From contig CAZCGQ010000001.1 of NCBI GenBank assembly GCA_964498425.1, positions 99,063 to 163,062 on the forward strand: a stretch of DNA of 64,000 bases. Direction: 5' to 3'. Shown here one piece after another: positions 1 through 10,800 of the stretch. Numbering within the stretch: position 1 is the first letter of the stretch; each line of letters begins with the position of its first letter. Position numbers and translations under genes: made by a program. This DNA comes from an uncultured Gammaproteobacteria bacterium (GTDB lineage Bacteria; Patescibacteriota; Microgenomatia; UBA12405; JAHJSD01). The notes beneath the pieces are model-generated. The model did no database searches. It worked only from the letters and a program-made list of their open reading frames with translations, and was not told where the DNA came from.

Positions 1-575
1 GAATTTAATTGACTAGACGAAGTAATTTGCAAATTGGGAAGGTTTCGAAAGGCTCGCCGAGCTGCTTCTAAGCCCTGCGGAAGGACCAAAAGATACTTAT
101 GATCATAACTATAATTGTCTTTGAACCACATTTGAAGGCTTTCCTGAGCAGACTTCGTTTTTCTTAACCGTTTAATTCCCTTAACTATCTTAATTCTTCC
201 TTCATTCTGCTGAGCAGAAAGAGCAGAAATTAAAGCCGCCGTTTTAACCTTTTTGGGCAGTTTCTTTTTATAGCCCTGGTTACCCTTTGGACCGTGGGCT
301 CGACCTCCACCGACAAAAATTGGAGCATATCTGTCTCCATGTCTAGCCTGTCCAGTCCCTTTTTGCGGCCATATTTTCTTCCTTGAACCAGACACTTCAC
401 CCCGGGTCTTTACCTTCGGGTATGCCTTTCTTTGATTACTCAAATATACCCTTACTGCTTGAGCAATCAAGGGAGGATTAACCTCTGCTCCAAAAATAAC
501 TGCTGGCAAAGCCATTTCGCTGACTTTTTCTCCAGCTTTGTCTAAAACAGATACTTTACCTGCCGCTTTAGCCAT
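1..575 (-). CDS. rplD: 50S ribosomal protein L4 (uL4), 3' end runs off window start
   Basis: Minus-strand translation from ATG (rc of 573-575) reads MAKAAGKVSVLDKAGEKVSEMALPAVIFGAEVNPPLIAQAVRVYLSNQRKAYPKVKTRGEVSGSRKKIWPQKGTGQARHGD..., a uL4 pattern. It sits immediately downstream of rplC in canonical S10-operon order. Confidence 0.85.
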   Translation of the reverse strand, partial: MAKAAGKVSVLDKAGEKVSEMALPAVIFGAEVNPPLIAQAVRVYLSNQRKAYPKVKTRGEVSGSRKKIWPQKGTGQARHGDRYAPIFVGGGRAHGPKGNQGYKKKLPKKVKTAALISALSAQQNEGRIKIVKGIKRLRKTKSAQESLQMWFKDNYSYDHKYLLVLPQGLEAARRAFRNLPNLQITSSSQLN

Positions 576-1182
576 TTTTAACTATCTGCAGCCAGCCGTT
601 TTTAGGTCCAGGCAAACCGCCTTTAATCAATAATTCATTTTTCTTGGAATCAATCTTAAAAATGGTTAGGTTTTGAAGAGTAACTCGAGCATTACCGTAA
701 TGACCAGGCATTTTTTTACCCTTAATTACCCGGCCAGGAGTCTGGGCGCCAATCGAACCTGGAGATCGCCAACGCTGTTTCTGACCGTGGGTTCGAGGCT
801 GAGTTCGAAAATTCCAGCGCTTAACTACTCCGGTAAAACCTCTTCCCTTGCTCTTACCAATAACATCGACTTTAATTCCTTCCTCAAGAACATCGGCAAC
901 CTTAACTTGACTGCCAATCTTTGGAGATTTCTCATTATCCCAGTTAAACTCCCTAATAATTGCCGGCGGAATTTTCATCTTTGCCTGCTTCATTTTTCCT
1001 TGAAGCGGCTTGTTCGCCTTTTTCTTTTCCCCAGCCGCTAATTGTACCCGCTTACCGTCGTTGTCAATTACGCCAATAACAGTACAAGGCTTTGCCATAC
1101 AACGAGTAACCGGAATTAGCTTCCCGTTCTCATCGTACTTTTGGGTCATATCCTGCTTTTTTATCAAAAATCCGTTCAACAT
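568..1182 (-). CDS. rplC: 50S ribosomal protein L3 (uL3)
   Basis: ORF-track protein with uL3 signature GKSKGRGFTGVVKRWNF; S10-operon position. Confidence 0.95.
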   Translation of the reverse strand: MLNGFLIKKQDMTQKYDENGKLIPVTRCMAKPCTVIGVIDNDGKRVQLAAGEKKKANKPLQGKMKQAKMKIPPAIIREFNWDNEKSPKIGSQVKVADVLEEGIKVDVIGKSKGRGFTGVVKRWNFRTQPRTHGQKQRWRSPGSIGAQTPGRVIKGKKMPGHYGNARVTLQNLTIFKIDSKKNELLIKGGLPGPKNGWLQIVKNG

Positions 1183-1194
1183 AATAAAAAATTA

Positions 1195-1246
1195 GGGCCG
1201 CAGCCCTAAATTATAGTCGGGCCTTAGGCCCATCCGCCTCTGGCGG
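1195..1246 (-). promoter_or_regulatory. Three consecutive GC-rich hairpins in the rpsJ-rplC spacer, the last followed by a U-run abutting the rplC start
   Basis: gggccgcagccc, gggccttaggccc, ccgcctctggcgg. The minus-strand transcript reads GGGCUGCGGCCC-UAAUUUUUUAUUAUG(rplC). Confidence 0.4.
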
Positions 1247-1319
1247 AAACTAGTAATTAGTAATCAGTAATTTAATGCATATATTCTTGTACGGCTTTAA
1301 GCATTAAGCCTTGAGCTCC

Positions 1320-1637
1320 TTACTTCATCTTAATCGAAACTTCAACACCTGCTGGCAAATCTAAATGCTGCAAACTATCCATTGTTCGAACACTTGCATC
1401 CTCAATGTCAATCAAGCGCTTATGGGTCAAAATCTCATAATGCTCCTGGGCATCCTTATCCCCATGCGGGCTGACAGTAACAACAAAAAGCTTCCTGTCT
1501 GTCGGCAAGGGCATTGGTCCTTTTACCCGAGCACCGGTGGTTACAGCAGATTCTACAATTTTACCTGCTGCCTCATCTACAATTCGATGATCCCATGCTT
1601 TCAACTTTACCCGAATTCTACTTACTGCTTGTGCCAT
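1320..1637 (-). CDS. rpsJ: 30S ribosomal protein S10 (uS10)
   Basis: 105 aa, MAQAVSRIRVKLKAWDHRIVDE...; classic S10 length and sequence; follows tuf. Confidence 0.95.
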   Translation of the reverse strand: MAQAVSRIRVKLKAWDHRIVDEAAGKIVESAVTTGARVKGPMPLPTDRKLFVVTVSPHGDKDAQEHYEILTHKRLIDIEDASVRTMDSLQHLDLPAGVEVSIKMK

Positions 1638-1666
1638 CGGTTTATCTAATTAAATTTTCAAAGTTT

Positions 1667-2860
1667 TTACTTGAGAATTTTGGTTACTACACCTGCGCCA
1701 ACTGTCTTGCCACCCTCTCGAATAGCAAACTTTGACCCTTCCTCAAGCGCTACCTTCTTAATGAGTTTGATTTCTACCTCGGTGTTATCACCAGGCATAA
1801 CCATTTCAACTCCTTCCGGTAAATTTAGTTCACCGGTAACGTCGGTAGTTTGGATATAAATTTGTGGTCTATATCCAGTGAAAAATGGAGTATGACGTCC
1901 ACCTTCCTCTTTCTTCAGGACATAAATTTCTGCCTGAAATTCCTTGTGAGGGGTAATTGACCCTGGCTTAGCCAAAACCATTCCCCGCTCAACATCCTTC
2001 TTTTCGATTCCTCGAATAAGAATACCGGCGTTGTCTCCAGCTTGACCTTCTTCAAGCTGTTTGTGGAACATTTCAATTCCGGTAACAACTGTTTCTTGAG
2101 TATCACCCAAGCCAACAATTTCTACCTTATCATTAAGAGAAATTTTACCTCTCTCAATTCTACCGGTAACAACTGTTCCTCGACCTTTGATTGAGAAAAC
2201 ATCCTCAATCGGCAGCAAGAACGGCTTATCCAATTCTCTTTCCGGAGTTGGAATGTATTCATCAACCGCCTTGAGCAAGTCCTTAATCGACTTAACGGCC
2301 TCTTCGTCACCTTCCAAAGCCTTCAAAGCTGAGCCAGCGACAATAGGAACGTTTTCCCCGTCAAATTCGTACTTGTCAAGCAATTCTCGGACTTCCATTT
2401 CAACCAAGTCCAAAAATTCCTTATCCTCAACGAGGTCAGTTTTATTCAAATAAACAACTATTGCCGGAACATTAACTTGCTTTGCCAGCAAGACATGTTC
2501 TCTGGTTTGCGGCATTGGGCCGTCCGGCGCAGACACTACTAAAATTGCTCCGTCCATTTGAGCTGCACCAGTAATCATGTTCTTAATGTAGTCAGCATGA
2601 CCTGGACAATCAATATGAGCGTAATGGCGGTTGTCAGTTTCATACTCTTGGTGTGAAACTGCAACGGTCAAAATCTTATTTGAATCCCGTTCAACACCAC
2701 CCTTGGCAATTTCTTCATAAGGCACGTATTCGGCCTTATCTTCTTCTGCCAAAACCTTAGTAATAGCTGCGGTAAGACTGGTCTTACCGTGGTCAATGTG
2801 ACCAATTGTTCCCACATTTACGTGGGGCTTTCCTCGTTCGAATTTTTTGTCGTCTGCCAT
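1667..2860 (-). CDS. tuf: Elongation factor Tu
   Basis: 397 aa; GHIDHGKT P-loop, [12 protein letters not shown] motifs. Confidence 0.97.
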   Translation of the reverse strand: MADDKKFERGKPHVNVGTIGHIDHGKTSLTAAITKVLAEEDKAEYVPYEEIAKGGVERDSNKILTVAVSHQEYETDNRHYAHIDCPGHADYIKNMITGAAQMDGAILVVSAPDGPMPQTREHVLLAKQVNVPAIVVYLNKTDLVEDKEFLDLVEMEVRELLDKYEFDGENVPIVAGSALKALEGDEEAVKSIKDLLKAVDEYIPTPERELDKPFLLPIEDVFSIKGRGTVVTGRIERGKISLNDKVEIVGLGDTQETVVTGIEMFHKQLEEGQAGDNAGILIRGIEKKDVERGMVLAKPGSITPHKEFQAEIYVLKKEEGGRHTPFFTGYRPQIYIQTTDVTGELNLPEGVEMVMPGDNTEVEIKLIKKVALEEGSKFAIREGGKTVGAGVVTKILK

Positions 2861-2932
2861 TTTTAAAATTCCTCCTAAATTAAACTTTTATAACAATTAA
2901 ATGCCTATCTGCAATTCTTTTAGATTTTAACA

Positions 2933-5029
2933 TTAAGTAGCACTATTTGCAACAATTTCCTCTTGTATATTTTGAGGTACTTGCTCATAGTGTGACGGCT
3001 CCATGTAAAAAGAGCCTCGACCTTGAGTTAAGCTTCGAATAATTGTCGCATAACCTCTAGCTTCAGCCAAAGGCACCAAGGCGTTTATCGTCTTAACCTT
3101 TCCCCGAGTTTCTGTACCTAGAATTTTTGCCCTCCTAGCTGAAAGATCACCAATAACTTGGCCTAAAAATTCATCCGGGGCATTAACCTCTAACTTCATA
3201 ATTGGCTCTAACAAAACCGGCTTAGCCATTTTAGCAGCTCGTTGGGCAGCCATCGACCCGGCAATTTTAAAAGCCATATCTGAAGAGTCAACTTCATGGT
3301 AACTTCCATCATAAACAACCGCCTTAACATCAATTAAAGGATATCCAGCAACAACACCCTTCTCCATTGCTTCAACTACACCCTTCTCAATCGCTGGAAT
3401 AAAATTATCCGGAATTGATGCTCCCTTGATTTCTGAATCAAACTCAAATCCCTCACCTCGTTCCCGTGGTTCAAGCCGCAAATAACAATGCCCGTATTGT
3501 CCACGACCACCACTTTGCCGAATATATTGGCCCTCTGCCTCAGCTGTATTGGTTATCGCTTCCCGATAAGCAATCTGGGGCTTACCTACCTTAACATTAA
3601 CACCAAATTCCCGCTTCATTCGGTCAACCAAAATTTCCAAGTGCAGTTCGCCCATACCGGAAATAATTGTCTGGCCAGTATCATGATCAACTTTGGTTTG
3701 AAAAGTCGGATCTTCTTCCATAAACTTATTCAAAGCAGCACTTAATTTTTCCTGGTCAGCCTTAGTTTCCGGCTCAATCGCTAAAGAAATGACCGGATCA
3801 GTAAATTCAATATTTTCGTAAACTATTGGTCGGGCCGGATCACACAAAGTATCCCCGGTAACCGAATCCTTCAACCCAATAGCTGCAACAATTTCTCCAG
3901 CAAAGCCTTGATCAATTCCCTCACGCTTGTCAGCGTGCATTAATAACAACCGACCAACTCGCTCGGTCCTGTTCTGGGAAGCGTTAAACACCTTGGAAGA
4001 ACTTTCTAAACTACCAGAGTAAATCCGCAAATAGGCTAGCTTACCAACATGCGGGTCGGTTTGAATCTTAAACAGCAGAGCTGAAAAAGGGTCCTTCTTT
4101 CCCGGCTTTCTTTCTTCTTTTTTATCTGTCTTCGGGTTAGTCCCTTCTGCTGGCGGTAAATCCAATGGTGAAGGAAGATAATCAACAATCGCATTTAAAA
4201 TTAACTGTACACTAACCGTGCGACTGTCAGCTCCCATAATCGGGAAAAATTCATTTTTAATAACTCCCTTACGAATTGCTTTCTTTAATTCCTCTTCGCC
4301 AACCTCTTCTCCTTCTAAAAACTTTTCCAAAATTGGCTCATCGACTTCTGCTACCGCTTCAACCAACCGCTCACGATACTTTTTTGCCTTTTCCATAAAT
4401 TCTTCTGGAATTTCAATCTCAGTCAATTCATTGTCCTCAACATCTTCATATTCATAAGCCTTCATTGCAATTAAATCAATTGCTCCCCGCAAATCATGGC
4501 CAAGACCTAATGGAAGTTGAATTGGAGAAGCATTAGCCCCTAACCTTTCCCGAATACTTTCTACTGAACCTTCAAAATCAGCCCCAACTAAATTCAACTT
4601 ATTAAAAACACAAATTCTGGGAACGTCATACTTGCCGGCCTGATGCCAGACTGTTTCCGACTGAGCTTCAACTCCGGTTCGACCATCAAAAACCATTACT
4701 GCTCCGTCCAAAACCCGCAAAGACCGTTCAACCTCAGCGGTAAAATCAATGTGACCAGGAGTATCAATAATGTTAATTCGATGGTCCTGCCAGAAAGTAG
4801 TTACTGCCGCCGAAACAATCGTAATTCCTCGTTCCCGCTCTTGATCCATCCAGTCGGTTACCGTTGATCCTTCATCAACAGACCCCAACTTATAAGTCCT
4901 GCCGGTTTCAAACAACATCCGTTCAGTAGTTGTCGTCTTGCCAGCATTAACGTGAGCAATAATTCCAATGTTCCTGATTAACTCCATCGGAACATCACGG
5001 TTTTCAGTTACTTGAATAGGTTGTGCCAT
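2933..5029 (-). CDS. fusA: Elongation factor G
   Basis: About 700 aa; AHVNAGKTT, DTPGHIDF, NKLN GTPase motifs. The ORF track starts at a TTG (5041); ATG at 5027-5029 (MAQPIQV...) is the more likely start. Confidence 0.95.
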   Translation of the reverse strand: MAQPIQVTENRDVPMELIRNIGIIAHVNAGKTTTTERMLFETGRTYKLGSVDEGSTVTDWMDQERERGITIVSAAVTTFWQDHRINIIDTPGHIDFTAEVERSLRVLDGAVMVFDGRTGVEAQSETVWHQAGKYDVPRICVFNKLNLVGADFEGSVESIRERLGANASPIQLPLGLGHDLRGAIDLIAMKAYEYEDVEDNELTEIEIPEEFMEKAKKYRERLVEAVAEVDEPILEKFLEGEEVGEEELKKAIRKGVIKNEFFPIMGADSRTVSVQLILNAIVDYLPSPLDLPPAEGTNPKTDKKEERKPGKKDPFSALLFKIQTDPHVGKLAYLRIYSGSLESSSKVFNASQNRTERVGRLLLMHADKREGIDQGFAGEIVAAIGLKDSVTGDTLCDPARPIVYENIEFTDPVISLAIEPETKADQEKLSAALNKFMEEDPTFQTKVDHDTGQTIISGMGELHLEILVDRMKREFGVNVKVGKPQIAYREAITNTAEAEGQYIRQSGGRGQYGHCYLRLEPRERGEGFEFDSEIKGASIPDNFIPAIEKGVVEAMEKGVVAGYPLIDVKAVVYDGSYHEVDSSDMAFKIAGSMAAQRAAKMAKPVLLEPIMKLEVNAPDEFLGQVIGDLSARRAKILGTETRGKVKTINALVPLAEARGYATIIRSLTQGRGSFYMEPSHYEQVPQNIQEEIVANSAT

Positions 5030-5041
5030 TGTTATTAACAA

Positions 5042-5093
5042 AAATACCCCCGCCTATCAAAGTCTACCTTAAATATCGACTTTTCGGCGGGAA
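5042..5093 (-). terminator. Hairpin plus U-tract (minus strand) between the PaaX-like gene and fusA
   Basis: Minus strand reads CCCGCC-GAAAAGUC...GACUUUGAUA-GGCGGG then GGUAUUUUUG; imperfect long stem followed by a U-run, directly upstream of the fusA ATG. Confidence 0.35.
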
Positions 5094-5109
5094 ATCACCC
5101 TTACGAGCA

Positions 5110-5139
5110 ATGTAGTCATTATAATATCACACCAACAAT
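5110..5139 (-). promoter_or_regulatory. Candidate sigma70-like promoter for fusA-tuf (minus strand)
   Basis: Minus strand TTGCTT-N17-TATTAT(AAT). Read by eye; untested. Confidence 0.25.
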
Positions 5140-5169
5140 TAAGAAGCAAACCTCCCCCTCCCTGCAAAT

Positions 5170-5213
5170 CTCCCCTTTTATTAAACGACGATCGTCCGTT
5201 AAGAAAAGTGATT
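5170..5213. repeat. Direct repeat copy A (about 44 bp, contains palindrome GACGATCGTC / CGATCG)
   Basis: ctccccttttattaaacgacgatcgtccgttaagaaaag is about 90 percent identical to copy B at 6037-6080. It overlaps the 3' end of the PaaX-like gene. Confidence 0.8.
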
Positions 5214-6011
5214 GGTGATTAATTTATTAAGCGCTTTAACTTTCGAAAATAATTCCTGACGAATATCTTTCCGCTCAAATAAATTACCCGGCACACCCCG
5301 ATCTTCTAATATTAATCCTGGGAACTCTAAGATTAGTTGTCTGGCTTGGCCCATATCTTTGTTTTTTAAAACGAAATCCGCCTTGCTGACAAACTTAATA
5401 AATTTTGCTTCTAATTCATGCGGCTTAAAAAGCCTATTAATTACCTCTTCATCTCTATCTCCGAACAAACTCTCAGCCCGAAATGCAAATAAATAAGTCT
5501 GCTCTTTTTCAAATAATCGCTGAACTTGTCTTTTAACATTGTTAATTGTTACCCAAACTGATCTCTGCCATTGGACAAAACCCAAATGCTTTAAATAATT
5601 TCTAATCTCACGCCTTCTATTTCGTTTTTCCTCTGGAATATCAAAAATAACAACTGTCCAAAATCCATCCCATTTTTGAGGTGATGCAAAAAACCGAAAT
5701 TTTAAATTAAAATAGTCTTGCCACCAATTTGAAGTTAAATTAACACTAATTTGTTCATCTTTCTCCCGCAAAACATCAAATTTTCTTAAGTTATAAAATG
5801 AGCTAACCTCATGGGCTTTCTTTTTTATGATTTTTTCCAGATAATCTCGAAAATTTTCAAAAGGATAACTTTGCAGGGGCTTCCTGCCAGGCAAACGAGC
5901 ATAATCATAACCAAAGGCAACATAATCAACACAGAGTAGAAAACCGAGGGCAATAACATCCTTAAATGAAACGGACGAAAAGAACCGAGATAATTTCGTA
6001 CTTTCAGCCAC
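5199..6011 (-). CDS. PaaX-family-like regulator with Cas2-like central domain
   Basis: N-terminal ALGFLLCVDYVAFGYDYARLPGRK resembles the PaaX N-terminus (LFGDYARPRGG). The central WTVVIFDIPEEKRNRRREIRNYLKHLGFVQWQRSVWV has a Cas2/PaaX-middle-domain pattern. The annotated start is GTG. The gene is inserted between rpsG and fusA. Confidence 0.5.
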   Translation of the reverse strand: MAESTKLSRFFSSVSFKDVIALGFLLCVDYVAFGYDYARLPGRKPLQSYPFENFRDYLEKIIKKKAHEVSSFYNLRKFDVLREKDEQISVNLTSNWWQDYFNLKFRFFASPQKWDGFWTVVIFDIPEEKRNRRREIRNYLKHLGFVQWQRSVWVTINNVKRQVQRLFEKEQTYLFAFRAESLFGDRDEEVINRLFKPHELEAKFIKFVSKADFVLKNKDMGQARQLILEFPGLILEDRGVPGNLFERKDIRQELFSKVKALNKLITNHFS

Positions 6012-6036
6012 TTAATTTAATAATACCAGAAAGATC

Positions 6037-6080
6037 TATCTTCCATCTCCCCTTTTCTTAAACGACGATCGTTCATTAAG
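6037..6080. repeat. Direct repeat copy B (about 44 bp, contains ACGATCGT)
   Basis: ctccccttttcttaaacgacgatcgttcattaagaaaa; lies between the methyltransferase pseudogene and the PaaX-like gene start. Confidence 0.8.
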
Positions 6081-6088
6081 AAAAAATA

Positions 6089-6819
6089 TTATTGGGATTT
6101 GAAAAGGTTTATCCAATTTAACAAACTAATTTCTGAGGGTTTGGCGTTTATTGAAACACCTAGCCCTTGGGTGATTTTGTTTAATCTATCAGCTGAATAA
6201 TAGCCTGACAAATTTTGTTTTAACCGTCTCCCCCCGCCAAAGCCTTGCCTAACAAATTGTTTATATTTATTTTTGTCCTTATCGTAAATCAAGGAATGCT
6301 TTCGCTGATCTACCCTAAATAATACTGCCTCAACTTGAGTAGCAGGCCTAAAGTCACTTGATTTAAAGTGGTGGATGATTAAAAACTTAAACCAAGGCCC
6401 GTGAATAGCTGAAAACTGGGTACTCTTTTTAGCTCCACCCCATCGGAGAGCCGACCTTTTTCGAACGACAACGCACATTACAACTTTCCTTGAACAGCAA
6501 ACGGGAAATTGCTAAATACTTTATATTGAGATTTAGGCAAAGGATACTTCAAAGCATCAAGATTAAATAAAACAACGTTGTCCGGAACTTTATCCAATAA
6601 ATTTTTGGTTAACTGCCTATCTTTTTCAATTGCAATAACCTGCCTGACTTTATCAGCTAATTTTAAAGTTATAATCCCCTGACCAGGACCGACCTCAATT
6701 ACCGTATCCTTTTTTCCAATAGAAGACTTCTCAACCAGCTTTTCTACTAACTGGCGATTGTGAAGAAAATTTTGCGATAGGTGCCGCCTTGCTTTGTACA
6801 CAGCGACCACCCCAAACAA
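6089..6819 (-). pseudogene. rRNA adenine N6-dimethyltransferase (KsgA/Erm family), disrupted by an in-frame stop, a roughly 15-aa deletion and a frameshift near 6478
   Basis: The N-terminal 113-aa ORF has HLSQNFLHNRQLVEKL, VIEVGPGQGIITL (motif I) and VFSNFPF (NLPY-like motif IV). The C-terminal 129-aa ORF is in another frame and aligns to the KsgA C-terminus (SDFRPATQVEAVLFRV and FVRQGFGGGRRLKQNL match PPSAFTPPPKVDSAVVRL and AFNQRRKTIRNSL). A TAA stop lies directly after FAVQGKL. Confidence 0.55.
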
Positions 6820-6873
6820 ATGTAATCATAATCACGATTATTGTAACATAAATGGGAAAAAGTTAAAACTATT

Positions 6874-7371
6874 TTACCAGCGGAGGTGGGAAAAGGCTTT
6901 ATTAGCTTCAGCGGCACGTTCTACTTGTTCTTTCTTAGCATAAGCACCGCCCGTTTGATTAAAAGCATCAATAATTTCGGCAGCTAATTTTTCACCATAA
7001 GTATGATATTGAGAATTTGGTCGATCTCGAGCAGAAGTAATTATCCACCGAATTGCCAAAGAATCTTTGCGGGGACCACGAACCGGCATCGGAACTTGGT
7101 AAGCCGCACCACCAACTCGACGTGACCGAACTTCCTTGTCCGGCCGGATATTATTCAATGCCTGCCGAAAAATAGTCATTGGCTCGGTTTTTTCTTGCTT
7201 CTTAATTAATTCAAAAGCTTTATAAACCTGTTTACGGGCAGCCGTTTTCTTCCCATCCTTCATTGCCCGATTAATCAGCTTCGTCACCAGACGACTGTTG
7301 TAAACTGGATCTTTCTTTACCTCTCGTGGTTTTACCGCTCCTTTTCTGGGCATGTTAAGCTTCCTCCTCAA
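6874..7371 (-). CDS. rpsG: 30S ribosomal protein S7 (uS7)
   Basis: 165 aa with typical S7 sequence; str-operon position after rpsL. Confidence 0.95.
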   Translation of the reverse strand: MRRKLNMPRKGAVKPREVKKDPVYNSRLVTKLINRAMKDGKKTAARKQVYKAFELIKKQEKTEPMTIFRQALNNIRPDKEVRSRRVGGAAYQVPMPVRGPRKDSLAIRWIITSARDRPNSQYHTYGEKLAAEIIDAFNQTGGAYAKKEQVERAAEANKAFSHLRW

Positions 7372-7819
7372 CTGAAGTTTCTAATTCTTCGCCGCCAGTA
7401 TCACCAGTAACACCACTCTTTGGCGTTCCATATTTACTTCGGCTGGTTTGCCGACCAACTACGCCAGAAGAATCGGCGACTCCTCGAACAACGTGATATT
7501 TAATACCCGGTAGGTCCCGTACTCGACCACCGCGGATCAAAACAATAGCGTGCTCAGCTAAATTATGACCTTCACCCGGAATATAGGCAGTAACTTCACG
7601 CTGATTAGACAGTCTTACCTTGGCTACTTTCCGCAAAGCCGAGTGCGGTTTCTTCGGCGGCATAGTTTTAACCTGAGTAACAACCCCCCTCTTCTGAGGC
7701 GACTGAACCTTAATCAACCGCCCTTTAAGGTTGTTTAACTTCCCGTGCAAAGCCGGGCTTTTTGATTTTTTCTTTGGTTGTTTTCGGCCCTTCCGGACCA
7801 ATTGATTAATTGTTGGCAT
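7355..7819 (-). CDS. rpsL: 30S ribosomal protein S12 (uS12) with an unusual acidic C-terminal extension
   Basis: [12 protein letters not shown]...; conserved PKKPNSALRK-like and RGGRVKDLPG regions. It ends ...[27 protein letters not shown], about 18 aa beyond the usual C-terminus, and overlaps the rpsG start by 17 nt. Confidence 0.93.
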   Translation of the reverse strand: MPTINQLVRKGRKQPKKKSKSPALHGKLNNLKGRLIKVQSPQKRGVVTQVKTMPPKKPHSALRKVAKVRLSNQREVTAYIPGEGHNLAEHAIVLIRGGRVRDLPGIKYHVVRGVADSSGVVGRQTSRSKYGTPKSGVTGDTGGEELETSVEEEA

Positions 7820-7856
7820 AATTTAATACCTTCGTGCTTCGTATTTTAACATATTA

Positions 7857-10800
7857 TTATTCTAGCTTCGCTCTTTCTGGAGTAATCGGAATCTTTCTTC
7901 CGACAATAACGTTCTCCTTAAGACCAATCATCGGATCAACCTTACCTAGAATTGAGGCTTCAGTTAAAACATTAGTTGTATGCTGGAAAGAAGCAGCTGA
8001 CAACCAAGAATAAGTGTTCAACGCTGCCTTAATTAGTCCCAAAATTACCCGTTTACCCTTAGCCGGTTTCTTTCCCTCATCCTTAAGTTCCTGATTAATT
8101 TCCTGATAAATCGGTTGTTCAACATATTCGCCGATCAAGAAATCAGAATCCCCCGGACGAGTGATCTTAACCCGACTGCTCATCTCCCGAATTAATGTTT
8201 CAAAATGCTTATCGTGAATAGTAATTCCCTGTGATTCATATACTCTTTGAACTTCTCTAAGTAAAAGAAGCTGAGCATCTCTTAAGCCGCAAACTTCTAA
8301 AACCTGTTCTATATCCATTGACCCAGATGCTAATTGCGTTCCTTTTTCAACTGTTTCTCCATTCTTGACCATTAGGGTCGAAGTTAGCGGAACTCGATAA
8401 GAAACACTCTTTTTCTTCTTGCCCTTGCCGCCGACCAAACTAATCTGGTAGCCCTGCTCTGTTTCTGAAACCTTAATCTTACCGTCAATTTCGGCAATCG
8501 GAGCCAAGTTTTTCGGCGTTCTAACCTCAAGTAATTCTTCTACCCTAGGCAAACCCTGAGTAACGTCTTTACCAACAACTCCACCAGCATGCTTCGTTCT
8601 CATTGTTAACTGCGTTCCCGGTTCACCAATTGACTGAGCAGCGACAACACCAACCGGTGTACCAATATCTACTGCTTTCTTATTAGACATATCCCAACCG
8701 TAGCAGGTAGAACAAACTCCATACCTTGTCCGGCAGTAAAGCGGTGACCGAACAGCCGCCTCTTTGACTTCTTTATCAGCAATTAATTGCGCATCTTCCT
8801 CACTGACCAAATGCCCCTTCTTAAATAAAGTCTTCCCAGTTTCCGGGTCAACAACCTTGTCTGCCAAATGTCGGCCAAGGATTCTTTTTGCAAAAGATTT
8901 TTGCCTCTCTCCACTATTTTTGATAACTAGTTTTCTAGTTGTTCCACAATCTTCCTCTCTTACCAAACTGCTGTGAGCTACGTCAACCAACCGACGAGTT
9001 AAATATCCAGCATCAGCGGTCTTCAGTGCCGTATCAGTTAATCCCTTTCGGGAACCTCTGGCTCCGGTAACATATTCAAAAACAGACAAACCCTCCCTAA
9101 AGTTAGATTTAGTCGGCAAAGGAACAATCCGGCCCATCGGGTCAACAACCAATCCCCGCATTCCAGAAACCTGCTTAATTTGGTCTCGGGATACTCGGCT
9201 GATACCAGCGTCACTAATCATTTTTATAGGATCATCAGACTCGAATCTATCCCAAGTTAAATCAGCAATATTTTCAGTTGTTTCAATCCACATATTTTGG
9301 GTTAACTCATCACGTTCACTTTGAGTTATTAAACCTTCACGGTAATTTTCTTCAATCCCACTTGCTCTTTGGTTAGCTTTCTTAATAATCTTGTCCTTAT
9401 CCGGCAAAAGCTTACAATCAAAAATTGACGGGGAAATGCCAGAATAAGTAGCCCCATAAAATCCTAAATCCTTAAGTCCGTCAATTAAATTAACAACCAC
9501 TTCAGAATCAAAATTTTTGTAAGCTGTATTGATTAAATTTTTAATTTGACCAGACTCGACTGCTTCGTTAATGAAACCCATTTCCTCCGGAATAAGCTGA
9601 TTAAACATCAACCGACCAATTGTCGTCAAAACTAACTCTTTACCCAACTTAATCCCAATCAGCTCCCGCATTTCTACCTTTCGCTGACGCCAGGCCATCA
9701 TTGCTTCTTCCTGATCAGCAAACAGGTGAACTTCCTTGAGCGCTTTTTCCTTATCTTCAAATAACTCTTTTTCTTCTTGACGCAGAGAGGTAATGAAATA
9801 ACAGCCAACAACCATTTCCTTAGTCGGGACATTAATTGGCCGTCCACTTGCTGGTTTAAGCAAGTTATTACCCGGCATCATTTTTTCCATTGCTTCCTTT
9901 TGAGCTTTCTTGGACAAAGGCAAATGAACACCCATTTCGTCACCATCAAAGTCAGCATTAAAACCGGAACAAATACAAGCTGGAATTCTAATCGCTAATC
10001 CGTCAACCAAAGTTGGTTTAAAAGCCTGAATCGACAACTTATGAAGCGTCGGTGCCCGGTTAAGCAAAACAACTTTATTTTTAACAACTTCTTCTAAAAT
10101 GTCATATACTTCCGGTGGTTTATGGTCAAGCAGGTTCTTGGCACTGCGTACATTCGGGGCTAATCCTCTTAAAATCATTTCCCGTAGAATAAACGGTCGG
10201 AACAATTCCAAAGCCATTTCCCGAGGCAGACCACATTCATTCAGCTTTAATTTTGGTCCAGATACAATTACGCTTCGACCAGAATAGTCTACCCGCTTAC
10301 CCAACAAATTACGTCGGAATCGGCCTTTTTTGCCCTTAAGTAAATCTGATAATGATCTCGGCGGCCGCTTGGAATAACGCTGACGTCTACTCTTAGTAGC
10401 GTCAATGAGCATATCAACTGACTCCTGAAGCATCCGCTTTTCATTACGCAAAATAATTTCCGGGGCTCCTAACTCCATCAATCTCTTTAATCGATTATTT
10501 CGGTTAATAACTCGTCGATAAAGATCATTTAAGTCGCTAGTAGCAAATCGGCCTCCAGTTAACTGGACCATCGGCCGTAATTCCGGCGGAATAACTGGTA
10601 ATGACCGCAAAATCATCCAGGCGGGTTCAATATCAGCCTTAATCATCCCGTTAATAACTCGAATCCTTCTCATTAATTTCTTCTTTTTCTGCTTACTTCG
10701 AGTTTCTTGAAGCTGTTGACGTAAATCTCTAATTGTACTGGTTAAGGAAATATCCTTAAGGACCTTAAGAATTGCCTCCGCCCCAACCTCAACTTCAAAA

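Noticed and set aside
6089-6478. Possible IS200/RAYT-type HuH transposase, based on the FLIIHHF motif and a Tyr-containing C-terminus
   Set aside because: The segment aligns colinearly with the KsgA C-terminal half (PPSAF..KVDSAVVRL and AFNQRRKTLRN equivalents) and continues the upstream KsgA N-terminal fragment. It is a methyltransferase remnant, not a transposase.
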